A DNA stretch of 64,000 bases from Octopus vulgaris. Taxonomy: Eukaryota. Shown here piece after piece: positions 27,215-39,314 of the stretch; positions within the stretch are counted from its first letter, which is position 1; each line of letters opens with the position of its first letter. The stretch covers positions 25,544,001-25,608,000 of the forward strand of contig OX597834.1 in NCBI GenBank assembly GCA_951406725.2, in the 5' to 3' direction. Position numbers and translations under genes: made by a program. Under the pieces are notes generated by a model. The model saw only the letters and a program-made list of their open reading frames with translations. It was not told the DNA's origin and did no database searches.

Positions 27215-27297
27215 TGACCTAGGGTCAAGCAAGATAACTGGTTTCGTTATAACTTGATGTTATAACAAAACCAGTAATCTTGGTTGACCCTAGGTCA
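27215..27297. repeat. 39-bp inverted repeat (3 mismatches), 5-nt loop
   Basis: tgacctagggtcaagcaagataactggtttcgttataac-ttgat-gttataacaaaaccagtaatcttggttgaccctaggtca. Confidence 0.95.
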
Positions 27298-28344
27298 ATA
27301 TTATGAATTAAAACAGTTCTGAATGTTTAACAAACTACGAAGAAGGCGGTGGCAGTAGAAACAACAACAATAATAAAAGTAGGTCACTATAAAAGTAGAG
27401 ATTTTAATTTTGGCAGTTGTGAATTAATTGGTTCAAAATGTGAATCTTGCAACAGAGAGAGAGAGAGAGAGAGAGAGAACCGTGTAGAAAGCGAGAGAAT
27501 GTTGTCAACATGTGGTTTATATTGCAAGTTTGTTTTATTAATGTCTTCTAATCTAACATTAGTCAGGACCTAAACTACACAAGAATCTGGTTTCAATAAC
27601 ATTGTCTCACTAAAGTATTGATGGAAAATCATTAGGAATAATGGAACTTGGAACACACACACACACACATACAATGTAACTTAGATACACATGTATACAC
27701 ATATAGAAGGTAACTAAGATACATGTACACAAACATATACATAATGTAACTTAGAGAAACATATATACACACACACACACACACAGAATTGAGTTTTAAA
27801 AATGCACATATACATCTATACACAATCTAATTTAGAAACATGCACACACATCACAGGTGGTGAATTGGCAGAGTTGTTAAAGTGTGTAAATGTCTCATAG
27901 TATTTGTTCCAACACTGCACTCTGGGTTCAAATCCCACCTAGATCATCGTTACCATTTGATCATCGTTACCAGTGATAATAAAAAAAGAAAGGTAATAGA
28001 TTGTTGGAACTATAGAAACATCAAACCAGATACCTTGCAGTATTTGTTGCAAGTTCAATTCCCACCACAATTTATCTTGGGTGGGAGGGACTCATTTAAC
28101 CATCATTTAACTTGAGTTTGAGGTTAATTTCCTCAGTCCCATCCACCAGTATCAAGCACTCTTAAGGGTTATTGCACTGTCTTCTTTGATGAAAATATAA
28201 AATACCCCTCCATTAAGACAGACTCACCACCACCACCACCATCTCATGAAACAGACTTCTTTATGACAAAGACATGCCACTCCCTCCCTCAAAGAGAGAC
28301 ACTACCCCTCCATGCGACATACCACTAACATCAGTGTAGATCCC

Positions 28345-28573
28345 TTAACCCTTTCGTTACCAACCCAGCCAAAACCGACTCTGGCTCTGTAGTACAAATG
28401 TCTTTTTTTCATAAGTTTTGCATCAAAATATACCACCAAACCTTAGTCGCAATTTATATTCCTAATACTGGCTTAATGATAACTAAGTTATTTTACTAAA
28501 TTCTTTGTTATATTTAAAATAATTGAAAGAAACACAGAGCATCTCAAAATAAATACGGTAACGAAAGGGTTAA
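28345..28573. mobile_element. piggyBac-type MITE family 2 (also 23402-23612, 24446-24675)
   Basis: TTAA-CCCTTTCGTTACC...GGTAACGAAAGGG-TTAA. Confidence 0.88.
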
Positions 28574-28672
28574 GTAAAATCATTAAAGTTCCCAGAAATA
28601 TTCAGTCAACTTTCTCTCCTTCCATAAAATGACACAATCACTGTACATAATAAAAGATTATTACACCTATAC

Positions 28673-28727
28673 CCAACTGTCACAAACTGCACACAATTTG
28701 AATCTTGACTATCAACGATGGCTTCAC
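28673..28727 (-). CDS. Candidate internal coding exon (GEAIVDSQDSNCVQFVTVG), 55 nt
   Basis: Acceptor gtgtatttatttatcag|GT, donor GG|gtatag; phase 1 in, phase 2 out; open frame. Confidence 0.55.
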
Positions 28728-29112
28728 CTGATAAATAAATACACATCATTAACATAGCAAAAACTAGCACTTCTTCAGGACCCAAAAATACTTCTACCTG
28801 GCACTCCATTGGTTACGATGACGATGGCCCCAGCTGATCTGATCCATGGAATAGCCTGATTGTAGAATTAATATGCATGTGGCAGAGCACTCTACATACA
28901 CGTGTACCCTTAACATAGTTCTCAGGGTGATTCAGCATGACAAAGTGTAACAAGGCTGGCCCTTTGAAATACAGGTGCTAATCATTTTTGCCAGATGAGT
29001 GGACTGGAGCAACATGAAATAAAGTGTCTTGATCAAGGACACAATGCGTTACCAAACCCACAATAAAGAATGCTGTTCCCTGACCTAGGGCAATGCTGCT
29101 GCCACTACTATC

Positions 29113-29414
29113 TGTTTCTTTATTGCCCATAAGGGGCTAAACATAGAGGGGACAAACAAGGACAGACACATAAAAAGCACCCACTACACTCATGGAGTGG
29201 TTGGCATTAGGAAGGGCATCCAGCCGTAGAAACATTGCCAGATCAGACTGGGCCTGGTACAACCTTCTGGCTTCCCAGACCCCAGTTGAACCGTCCAACC
29301 CATGCTAGCATGGAAAGCGGATGCTAAACGATGATGATGATGATGATGATGATATCGACCCCAGTGCATAACTGGTACTTAATTTATCGACCCCGAAAGG
29401 ATGAAAGGCAAAGT
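29113..29414 (-). mobile_element. 5'-truncated family C SINE with 14-bp TSD and a nested family D element
   Basis: TSD ctgccactactatc at 29099-29112 and 29415-29428; family D sequence at 29168-29352 on the opposite strand. Confidence 0.88.
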
Positions 29415-30654
29415 CTGCCACTACTATCACCACTACACATAAGACAGACCAAACCAGCAAAAAGGTCATTCAACTGATTGGAATAGAAATGCTCATTAGG
29501 TTTGCTGTGTCCTCTCTTTGACAATAAGGCTTCTGTTCATGTACCATCAGGCACTTCTCACTCAACCAGCTGTCATTGCTCATATTGTGACCCTTCCACA
29601 CCAATTCCCCCTCCCATGTAACCATGCCTTCTTCCCAGATTATTATCTCTGTGGAATTCCTGCTCTGCACATATTTATGCTGCAACTGTTCAAAAGAAAC
29701 ATAACAACAACAACAGTAGCAGCAGAAGTAGCAGTAGTAGTAGTAATAGTAGTAGTAGTAGTTAGACAACAGTCTAACCATTTCCCTACAATACTTGTTT
29801 CTAACACAGAAAGCCAGAAATTTGAAAAAGGTGGGTGTTGGTCAATCAAATTTTGACTGTTACTTTTATTTCATCTGACACAGGATTCGAACTCGGAACA
29901 TAGAGTACCTTCAACTAAATCCCACTTCTGTCTATCCAGCACCCTGAACAACAGCACAAACAACAATACTAATAAAAAGTCTAAAAAAAAAAAATTTACA
30001 ACTGCTGCAGAAGTCAAAGTTATTTGATTTTAAAGTCAGCTGGAAACACTAAGATTTAAAATAATCAGTTTTTACTATTAACAGTAAGAGAGAGAGAGAG
30101 AGAGAAAGAGGAATGGGGATGGGGGATGGATTGTTGGAGGTTTGTTAGCAGTTATTTGTTTGTTTGTTTGTTTGTTTGTAATTTTAGCCCCCTTACACCT
30201 CATCTTCCTTCCTTTTTACCAATTGCACCCAGTTTTTTTCTTTCTTTTACCATTTCTCTCACCACCACCCGTCTTAGAAAATATGAAATTACAACTTCAC
30301 TCTTATACCCTCTCTCTCTCTCTCCACCATACAACTATGTGGTTGGTATGTCTCACACACACACACACATGCGCATACAAGCACACACACACACACACGC
30401 ACAGAGTACTGCCAACACTCATCACTTACATATGGATGTATAACAAACAGTTATCCTTGGAATGTTGTGATGCTTTTCTTTATTCTTGTTTTTTTTAAAT
30501 AACAGGATTTATTTACTTTTTTTTTACTTATTCCACAAATACTAAAATGACTTGTGTGTGTGTGTGTGTGTAATTAAGGCAGCGAGTGAGCAAAGCTTTG
30601 GTGAAATCTCTTAAAACAAAAACTCCCACACATCATATATGCGTATGTACAGAT

Positions 30655-30694
<40 letters not shown>

Positions 30695-30761
30695 TGTACT
30701 GTTTCATTATTAGCAGGATCAACAAAAAAAGTATCCCATCTAGCATGAGATAAATATCTAT

Positions 30762-30845
<84 letters not shown>

Positions 30846-30943
30846 AAATATTAGGGAATAAATCCAAACTTACAGGGAAAAATCAGATTTAGGATTGAAT
30901 CCAATTTTATAGTAAAATATTATATTAAATTAGAGACAATTTA

Positions 30944-30999
<56 letters not shown>

Positions 31000-31029
31000 A
31001 GACTGTATGTACATCAAGAAGCCAGCAAT

Positions 31030-31256
31030 TTAACCCTTTAGTATTTAAACCAGCCATATCCGGCCAAAATATTTAATCTGTTTTATGTTCAAACTGACCA
31101 GATCCAGGCTCTCACGCCTGCCCTACAATGTTATTCTACGTTAGGTAATTACACCATCAAGATCTTGAAGATATGAGATAATGCATGATTAATTCAAATC
31201 AATGTGAATCAGTAAGCATTATGTTTGATAGAATAATCTGAACACTAAAGGGTTAA
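31030..31256. mobile_element. piggyBac-type MITE family 1
   Basis: TTAA-CCCTTTAGT...ACTAAAGGG-TTAA. Confidence 0.88.
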
Positions 31257-31685
31257 AGAGTTCTGACTTAGCTCCAAATCAATGCTGATTCCGCCCACTT
31301 ACAACCAAGTGTTCCAGTCATGACCATCTTCCCAATTCTTCACAGTACTGTTCTCTGGGACCACATTATCCAATGTATGCTTGTGATTTTGGGGGGAGAT
31401 TTTGACTGCTGTTTCTGCTAATTCTGCCAACCCTCGTTAGAGGCTTTTTTTTTTTTTTAAGTAGGCTCAAATTAAAGAGCTTAATCCCTAGAGAAATTAA
31501 GAGGCATAAAATAGGTAATCATTAAGACTAATGCAGAAGTGGTAGGGATTAGGGAATTATGACTTTGAATAGTCAAGTCAACTGAGAAGTCAGTCATTGG
31601 TGTTCTATCACCGGAGCTGTTTGTACCAGCCAATGCTCAAGACAATTCTCAAAGGTTGAGTCTAACCATCTCTATCTCAATGGCC

Positions 31686-32077
31686 GTGGAGGCGCAATGG
31701 CCCAGTAGTAAGGGAGTGGACTCGTGGTCATAGGATCGCGGTTTCGATTCCCAGACCGGGCGTTGTGAGTGTTTATTGAGCGAAAACGCCTAAAGCTCCA
31801 CGAGGCTCCGGCAGGGGATGGTGGTGATCCCTGCTGTACTCTTTCACCACAACTTTCTCTCACTCTTACTTCCTGTTTTCTGTTGTACCTGTATTTCAAA
31901 GGGCCGGCCTTGTCACTTTCTGTGTCACGCTGAATATCCCCGAGAACTACGTTAAGGGTACACGTGTCTGTGGAGTGCTCAGCCACTTACACGTTAATTT
32001 CACGAGCAGGCTGTTCCGTTGATTCGGATCAACCGGAACCCTCGTCGTCGTAACCGACGGAGTGCTTCCATCCATCC
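31686..32077 (+). mobile_element. SINE family B, 12-bp TSD
   Basis: TSD atctcaatggcc at 31674-31685 and 32078-32089; (TCCA)n tail. Confidence 0.93.
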
Positions 32078-32532
32078 ATCTCAATGGCCAAGTCTAGACA
32101 GCTCAACATGAATGGCTATATAAGTTCAACTCAACATGAGAGGTATCGGCAACACTATGAAATTAGAGAGTTGTTTGTTGGTTCGCAGGGTTGAGTTTCA
32201 ATGTAATGAAGTCCAGGAACAGAAGCAACCGATATCAACTGCTTAACACCATGGAAACTAGAGATTAATCATGGGTCCACATACTTAGAACGAAAACAAA
32301 AAAAATCAGCATTAGTTTTCAGAGCTAAACTGGGGCAGAATTTAATCAATTTGAAATGTTTCTATCTTGTAAAAATTAAATGACAATGAAACATAGATGG
32401 GATGAAGACCTGATCTAACCAAAGACCAAAAAGACACACGCAACCATCAGAAATAATTTCAGAAAGTATTTTAGATTGAAAACCCAATAAGTTATATTAT
32501 TTGAAGATCCCTCACTTTTTAATGTCTATCTT

Positions 32533-32916
32533 GGAAGCACTCCGTCGGTTACGACGACGAGGGTTCCGGTTGATCCGAATCAACGGAACAGCCTGCTCGT
32601 GAAATTAACGTGTAAGTGGCTGAGCACTCCACAGACACGTGTACCCTTAACGTAGTTCTCGGGGATATTCAGTGTGACACAGAGAGTGACAAGGCCGGCC
32701 CCTTGAAATACAGGTACAACAGAAACAGGAAGTAAGAGTGAGAGAAAGTTGTGGTGAAAGAGTACAGCAGGGATCACCACCATCCCCTGCCAGAGCCTCG
32801 TGGAGCTTTAGATGTTTTCGCTCAATAAACACTCACAACGCCCGGTCTGGGAATCGAAACCGCAATCCTATGACCGCGAGTCCGCTGCCCTAACCACTGG
32901 GCCATTGCGCCTCCAC
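32533..32916 (-). mobile_element. SINE family B, 12-bp TSD
   Basis: TSD aatgtctatctt at 32521-32532 and 32917-32928. Confidence 0.93.
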
Positions 32917-33889
32917 AATGTCTATCTTACTCCATGTGTGAACACAAGCGGCAACTGGTCTATAATATGATATTCACAACTCTTACTTCATCAGTGACAC
33001 CAAACTTCTCAAACTTCCTCTTTCAGCAAACAACAGTTCATTCTCCATCCAAAGGAGATGTCCAAACCATAAGTTTTCTCTCTCTCTCTCCAGTATATTT
33101 CAGCTGATTCTTCCTACAATACCAAGTGGCCCTCTCACTCAATTGTGCACCACAATACATACACAAAGACCACAATAACAACGAACAGTAAAAGAAAAAG
33201 AACCATTATTATAGCCCCAACAGCACACAAGAACCTCCATTGTTACCCAGTGCCCTACTTCCCATCATTCAGGATCTATCCTGGTGAACAGCCAACCTTT
33301 TCAACATAACTTCTATTAAAGAGCATGTATAGACCAGGCCTGGGCAATCTTTTTTGAGAAGAGGATCATATCAGACATGGCTCATCATCAGGCAGCCTGT
33401 ACTACTTGAAAAAAAAAAAAAAAAAGAAATCTGAGAAGTTCTCGTTCAGAAAAGTTAACCCATGACTGGTGCAACACATTGTTAAATTAAATATGAGAAA
33501 GTCAGAGTGAAGTGGGACATGCTCAGAAACCTTTTTACACATTCACACCCAACATAAAACAAGGGGGTTCGTGAATACTGAATAAGGCAGTTAAATATGG
33601 TTGGTATTCAGTTTTAAACTGCAATGAAGGTTACTCAGTGTATGGATGATGATGTAAATCTTAAAAAAGTTAAGGAAGGACATGGTCTTGTAATGGTGGA
33701 AAAGAAGGATTGGGCCAAATGTATAGAGGTGAAAGTGTTCAAAGATGAGGAGGAGTTAAGTGTCATCAAGTTCAAAGAGGAAGCATTATCATAGTGACAT
33801 AATTTGTTGTGGTTGCAAATTGTTAGAATCTTTACTACCAAATATAAATGCCTTGTGATATTCATTCCAGTTCTCTAAGCATCATACTC

Positions 33890-34238
33890 ATTACTCTTTT
33901 ACTTGTTTCAGTCATTTGACTGTGGCCATGCTGGAGCACCACCTTTAGTCGAGCAAATTGACCCCCAGGACTTATTCTTTGTAAGCCTAGTATTTATTCT
34001 ATTGGTCTCTTTTGCTGAACTGCTAAGTTACAGGGACGTAAGCACACCAGCATCGGTTGTCAAGCGATGTTGGGGGGGGGGGACAAACACAGACGCACAA
34101 ACATATACACACACATACGACGGGCTTCTTTTCAGTTTCCGTCTACCAAGTCCACTCACAAGACTTTGGTCGGCCCGAGGCTATAGTAGAAGACACTTGC
34201 CGAAGGTGCCACGCAGTGGGACTAAACCCGGAATCATG
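33890..34238 (-). mobile_element. SINE family A, 5' truncated
   Basis: Reverse-complement match. Confidence 0.88.
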
Positions 34239-34405
34239 TTCAAATCCCAATGAGATAAACTTTGGCGGGCAGGGGGAGATTAAAGAAAATACCAGCCCAA
34301 GTAGCAGGGACGATTTTATTTTTGTCTTTCTTTCTGGATTGTCACAATGGTTCAACTATAAATTTCTGTTCAGTATACACATCTTTGGAATACTCAGCTA
34401 CTTAC

Positions 34406-34522
34406 AAATTCATTTCACAAGCAAGAAGAATTCAATAGGTTGAACAATTGATGCTCATCGTGAAAACCAATGGAAAATGTACCACAGCAATGAGCCTTTT
34501 ACAGACATTGGTCTTTTTATAT
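34406..34522 (-). other. Candidate cassette or UTR exon, 117 nt
   Basis: Acceptor ttaatcccatctttag|A and consensus donor TT|gtaagt. Stops in all frames but ends ATG AAT TT. Confidence 0.35.
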
Positions 34523-34727
34523 CTAAAGATGGGATTAATAAGTCTAAAAACATCATCTCACACATTTAGAAAACTATTATTTGTAATAGATAGTGTTTGC
34601 ATGTCAAACCTATTAAACCCTGTTTCTCACTGGTATTTCAATTAAACACAGACATTATAAATAATTTAGTTAGAAATCATAAACACACATTATATACGCT
34701 TTTCTACTTGTATATATATATATATAT

Positions 34728-34883
34728 GAGTGGCTGTGTGGTAAATAGCTTGCTAACCAACCACATGGTTCCGGGTTCAGTCCCACTGCGTGGCATCTTG
34801 GGCAAGTGTCTTCTGCTATAGCCCCGGGCCGACCAATGCCTTGTGAGTGGATTTGGTAGCCAGAAACTGAAAGAAGCCTGTCG

Positions 34884-34924
<41 letters not shown>

Positions 34925-35137
34925 TTGTGAGCCTGTGTTTGTCCCCCTAGCATTGCTTGACAACCGATGCTGGTGTGTTTACGTCGCCGTCACTTAGCGG
35001 TTCGGCAAAAAGAGACCGATAGAATAAGTACTGGGCTTACAAAGAATAAGTCCCGGGGTCGATTTGCTCGACTAAAGGCGGTGCTCCAGCATGGCCGCAG
35101 TCAAAATGACTGAAACAAGTAAAAGAGAGTAAAGAGT
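34728..35137 (+). mobile_element. SINE family A flanked by a 29-bp direct repeat
   Basis: Family match; acacac(a/t)ttatatacgcttttctacttgt at 34683-34711 and 35140-35168. Confidence 0.9.
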
Positions 35138-35201
35138 ATACACACTTTATATACGCTTTTCTACTTGTTGAAGCCCTACCATATATATATATATATATAT
35201 A

Positions 35202-35505
35202 TCACCGTGACTGACCAGGCTATCAGATGTTGCTACACATCGCTGGTCACAATGCGTTTCGCATTGTTTTAGCCTTCAAACGACGCCACCCCTCTGGCTA
35301 AGTGAGCAGGCCAACAAGAAGAAAGAGTGAGAGAAAATTGTGGCGAAAGAGTACAGCAGGGATTGCCACCACCCCCTGCCGGAGCCGCGTGGAGCTTTAG
35401 GTGTTTTCGCTCAATAAACACTCACAATGCCTAGTCTAGGAATCGAAACCGTGATCCTATGACCGCGAGTCCGCTGCCCTAACCACTGGGCCATTGCGCC
35501 TCCAC
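35202..35505 (-). mobile_element. SINE family B' (B head, different 3' tail)
   Basis: Head and body as family B; tail ...gaaggctaaaacaatgcg...cctggtcagtcacggtga; flanked by (TA)n. Confidence 0.88.
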
Positions 35506-35799
35506 ATATATATGATATATATATATATACATCAAAGTGCTGAGTTTGATCTGAGAACATAATCTTTTGAGGAGAATGGCGATTTGACGTCTATATCTAG
35601 CATGTTGACTGTCCACTTTTCGTGTTCAGTCCTTAATTGGTATATATATATATATATATATATATAGTCTTCACAGAAAGGAAATTCATCCCATGCAGAT
35701 TTTAGCTTCCAATTCTTAGAAAGCAGAAAATGTCACCCACACAATCAACACCTACCTCTTTGCTAATATGACAATATTAAATAAATAAACCACACACAC

Positions 35800-35921
35800 A
35801 CACACACACACACACATACGCGCGAGTAGAGAGGAAGGAGCCAGTTACCTGACAGAATTGTCAATTCCATCCTAACAACAACCCCAATGACGTCATAGCG
35901 TTTGTGATTACCCCCCTCATT

Positions 35922-35957
<36 letters not shown>

Positions 35958-36046
35958 TCCGCGCCCTTATCCAAGCTTCTCTGGTGTGACCCACACTCCC
36001 ACAGCATTTTGTGTGTGACCGTCCAGTCAAGCCCATCTGGACCTAC

Positions 36047-36102
<56 letters not shown>

Positions 36103-36147
36103 TTCATTTGAATGAAACAGTTCTAGTCCTGGAGAAGCTCCTTCTAT

Positions 36148-36183
<36 letters not shown>

Positions 36184-36750
36184 GACATCTACCCATGTTC
36201 ATCTGGTACTACTCACGCAATCTTACACACACACCACACAATTTTTACGCGACGACGGGCTAGAAGCTACCATCAAATAGAAGACTTCAACGCATAAATA
36301 CCGCCGAGAATTTACACACACACACAAACACACATATATATATACGTCTTCTTGTGGTGTCCTGTACGTATATATATTTATATATGCATGTATATATACA
36401 TGTAGATGTCGGTACGTACATATATGTTTGTATGTATGCATATATTTTATTTATTACACTATATATATATATATATATACATACATACATATGAGTGTGG
36501 GTGATGCGTGGTTGACAAATGGGAAGTTAGTCCCCGATGAGTAAGACAATAACAATAAACTGTGAAGTGAGAGTGAGGGAGGGGGAAAGAGATACGTTAA
36601 AGACAGGTAGGTGAGACACCGCCGCCGCCACCACCACCACCATATGGAGACGAGGGAGAATAAGAGTATTACATGAGTGGGAGGGAACGACATGAGAGCG
36701 ACAACACGACCGCTATGGCGACTACGACATATAATAGAGGAGTGGAAGAA
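35800..36750 (-). promoter_or_regulatory. Promoter-like, CpG-retaining region with a CRE palindrome
   Basis: TGACGTCA at 35888-35895; abrupt rise in CpG; GA tract; extra minus-strand GTGAGT donors at 36045-36050 and 36211-36216. Confidence 0.4.
35849..35870 (-). CDS. Candidate first coding exon (MELTILS, phase 1)
   Basis: aggATGGAATTGACAATTCTGTCAG|gtaact: good Kozak context and donor; lies at the edge of a CpG-retaining region. Confidence 0.45.
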
Positions 36751-37937
36751 AGAGGCAGAAATAACAAGTCAGAGCCAGCAGCAAAAAGAGGCTTCCGATG
36801 TGGTCACTTGTACTGCTAGAAACGTCAGTCAATTTTTCCTTTAAATCAAATCACATAATGTTGTTTTAAAGAGGAAGAAGGACACATTGGATAATGTAAG
36901 CCTAGTAGTTATACAGAAGAAAAGACAGAAAAATCACCACAGCTCGAGGACACACACATAAAGAGTAAATGGTTCTCCATCGGTTTCGACGAAGAGTATT
37001 TCAGTTGTTCGATCCACTGAATTATCTGCTCCTGAATTAATGTTTAAGTTGCTACATTTTCCACAGACACTTGTCCCCCAAGCAGATAAGTGATAAAATG
37101 TAACAAATTACGGGTACAATTCTCCACTCGACAGGCTTCCGCACAGTTTCCGTTTACCAAATTCACTCACAAGTATTTGCTCAGTCGAGGGCTAAGATAG
37201 AAGACGAATGCCCGAGATGCCACGCAGCGAGACAGAACCCGAAACCACGAGGTTGCAAAGCGAGTTTCTTAAACCCATAAAATCATGCATGAATAAAATA
37301 CAGATGAGATGGTCATTGCTTTTGCCCGTATGAGCATGGGGACAATATGAGACAATAAGGCGAATGTATGTAAACAAAACCTCGATCTGCCCGCAAACCC
37401 TAATAAAGGAAAGATACGTGAAGTCGACATTTAAGACAAGATGACCATAGCTGGAATGGTCAGCGGCTCAGAGTTGACTCTAGACTAAACAAGAACCGCC
37501 CCGCTAACCTCCACCTTCATGCACTAAATATACCAGTTGAGCCAACTTCTAGTCGATCGCTAGATGCGCTAGAAAAAACAACCAGATTGCCCTCAAATTA
37601 CATCTTGCTGCCCCGCGAAAGGAAGAATCACTTTGTATAATGTACTATGTCTGAATTAAAATAGATGATCACGGTTGGAACGGCTTTTGATTATATGTTC
37701 AATTACTTCGGACACCAGATACATGGGTAGAAAAAAGGTGACGACAAACAAGGACGTTTAAAGAGAGGTGAGGAACGAGGTAAAAAAAATTTTGATAGGA
37801 TGAAATAAGGGTTTGATTCAAAATGGGGTTGGAAAATAGAAGGAACATTGGAAGTGAGGGGTAGTTGGTGAGGGTGAAAGAGTGATATACATATAAATAC
37901 AGTGTGTGTGTATGTGTGTGTTAAGCAGGGAATATAT

Positions 37938-38170
37938 ATTTCTTTATTGCCCACAAGGGGCTAAACATAGAGGGGACAAACAAGGACAGACAAAGGGATT
38001 AAGTCGATTACAACGACCCCAGTGCGAAACTGGTACTTTATTTATCGACCCCGAAAGGATGAAAGGCAAAGTCTACCTCGGCGGAATTTGAACTCAGAAC
38101 GTAGCGGCAGACGAAATACCGCTAAGCATTTCACCCGACGTGCTAACGATTCTGCCAGCTCGCCGCCTTC
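37938..38170 (-). mobile_element. SINE family C, TSD cagggaatata
   Basis: Reverse-complement match; TSD at 37926-37936 and 38172-38182. Confidence 0.9.
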
Positions 38171-38831
38171 ACAGGGAATATAATTTCATTGAGACCTCAC
38201 AGTACTATTTCGGAACGCATAGTCGTGGATTTGTTTTTATTACGTACTCGTAATAGAGAACTCCTCGACACCTTTGATGGATTATTACATACAAATACAG
38301 GTGTGTAGAAACTGAAAGTATCTACAGTCTACATGTACAGGTTTTCGGCACATATTATTATCACGCCAGCAAGAGGAAAGATAGTGGAGAGACACAGACA
38401 GACAGAGAGGCAACTATGCTATCAACCACCACCACCACCCGAAACTAGTGGTTGGTAGCAGGGAGGGGTGAAGGAAATTTGAGGTTCTGGGGGTCAATTG
38501 GAAATGTTTAGGTGCAGATATTAAACAAGTCAAGTGGTGGAGAGAAGGAGGAAGGAGGGGTGAAGTAACAGGTAAAAATAAGGGGGTAGGGGAAGAGGTG
38601 ATAAATACTAAGAATGGATGGTGGTGGTGGTGGGAGGGGACAGCTTAGAACTCTTAAAACAATTGGTTTATTTAGGGTTTCAAGGGGGGAATGGTCCGTC
38701 GGGAAACCAGCCATTCAAATAATGTCGAGCTGCACCACAAACAAGCAACTCTGTGTGTGTAGACATACAAACATCTAAAGTAATCTTACGTATATACTTA
38801 TATTTACATATTTGCATAAACACATTTATAT

Positions 38832-38912
<81 letters not shown>

Positions 38913-38969
38913 AAGGCAGTGCCCCAGCATGGCCACAGTCAAATGACTGAAACAAATAAGAGTAAAAGA

Positions 38970-39020
<51 letters not shown>

Positions 39021-39036
39021 CACACACACACACATA

Positions 39037-39085
<49 letters not shown>

Positions 39086-39088
<3 letters not shown>

Positions 39089-39159
39089 AAGGTTTAAGTA
39101 ATACTAAGTAATTAAGGGTTTACCAACCCTTAATTACTTAGTATTACTTAAACCTTCCT
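39086..39159. repeat. Perfect 35-bp inverted repeat, 4-nt loop
   Basis: aggaaggtttaagtaatactaagtaattaagggtt-tacc-aacccttaattacttagtattacttaaaccttcct. Confidence 0.97.
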
Positions 39160-39243
39160 TGAATGGGGCTTTTACATGCCGAACTCTACTTGGTGAAATT
39201 AATGATTATTTCTAAATTAATTAATTCCACCCTTTATTATTGA

Positions 39244-39314
<71 letters not shown>

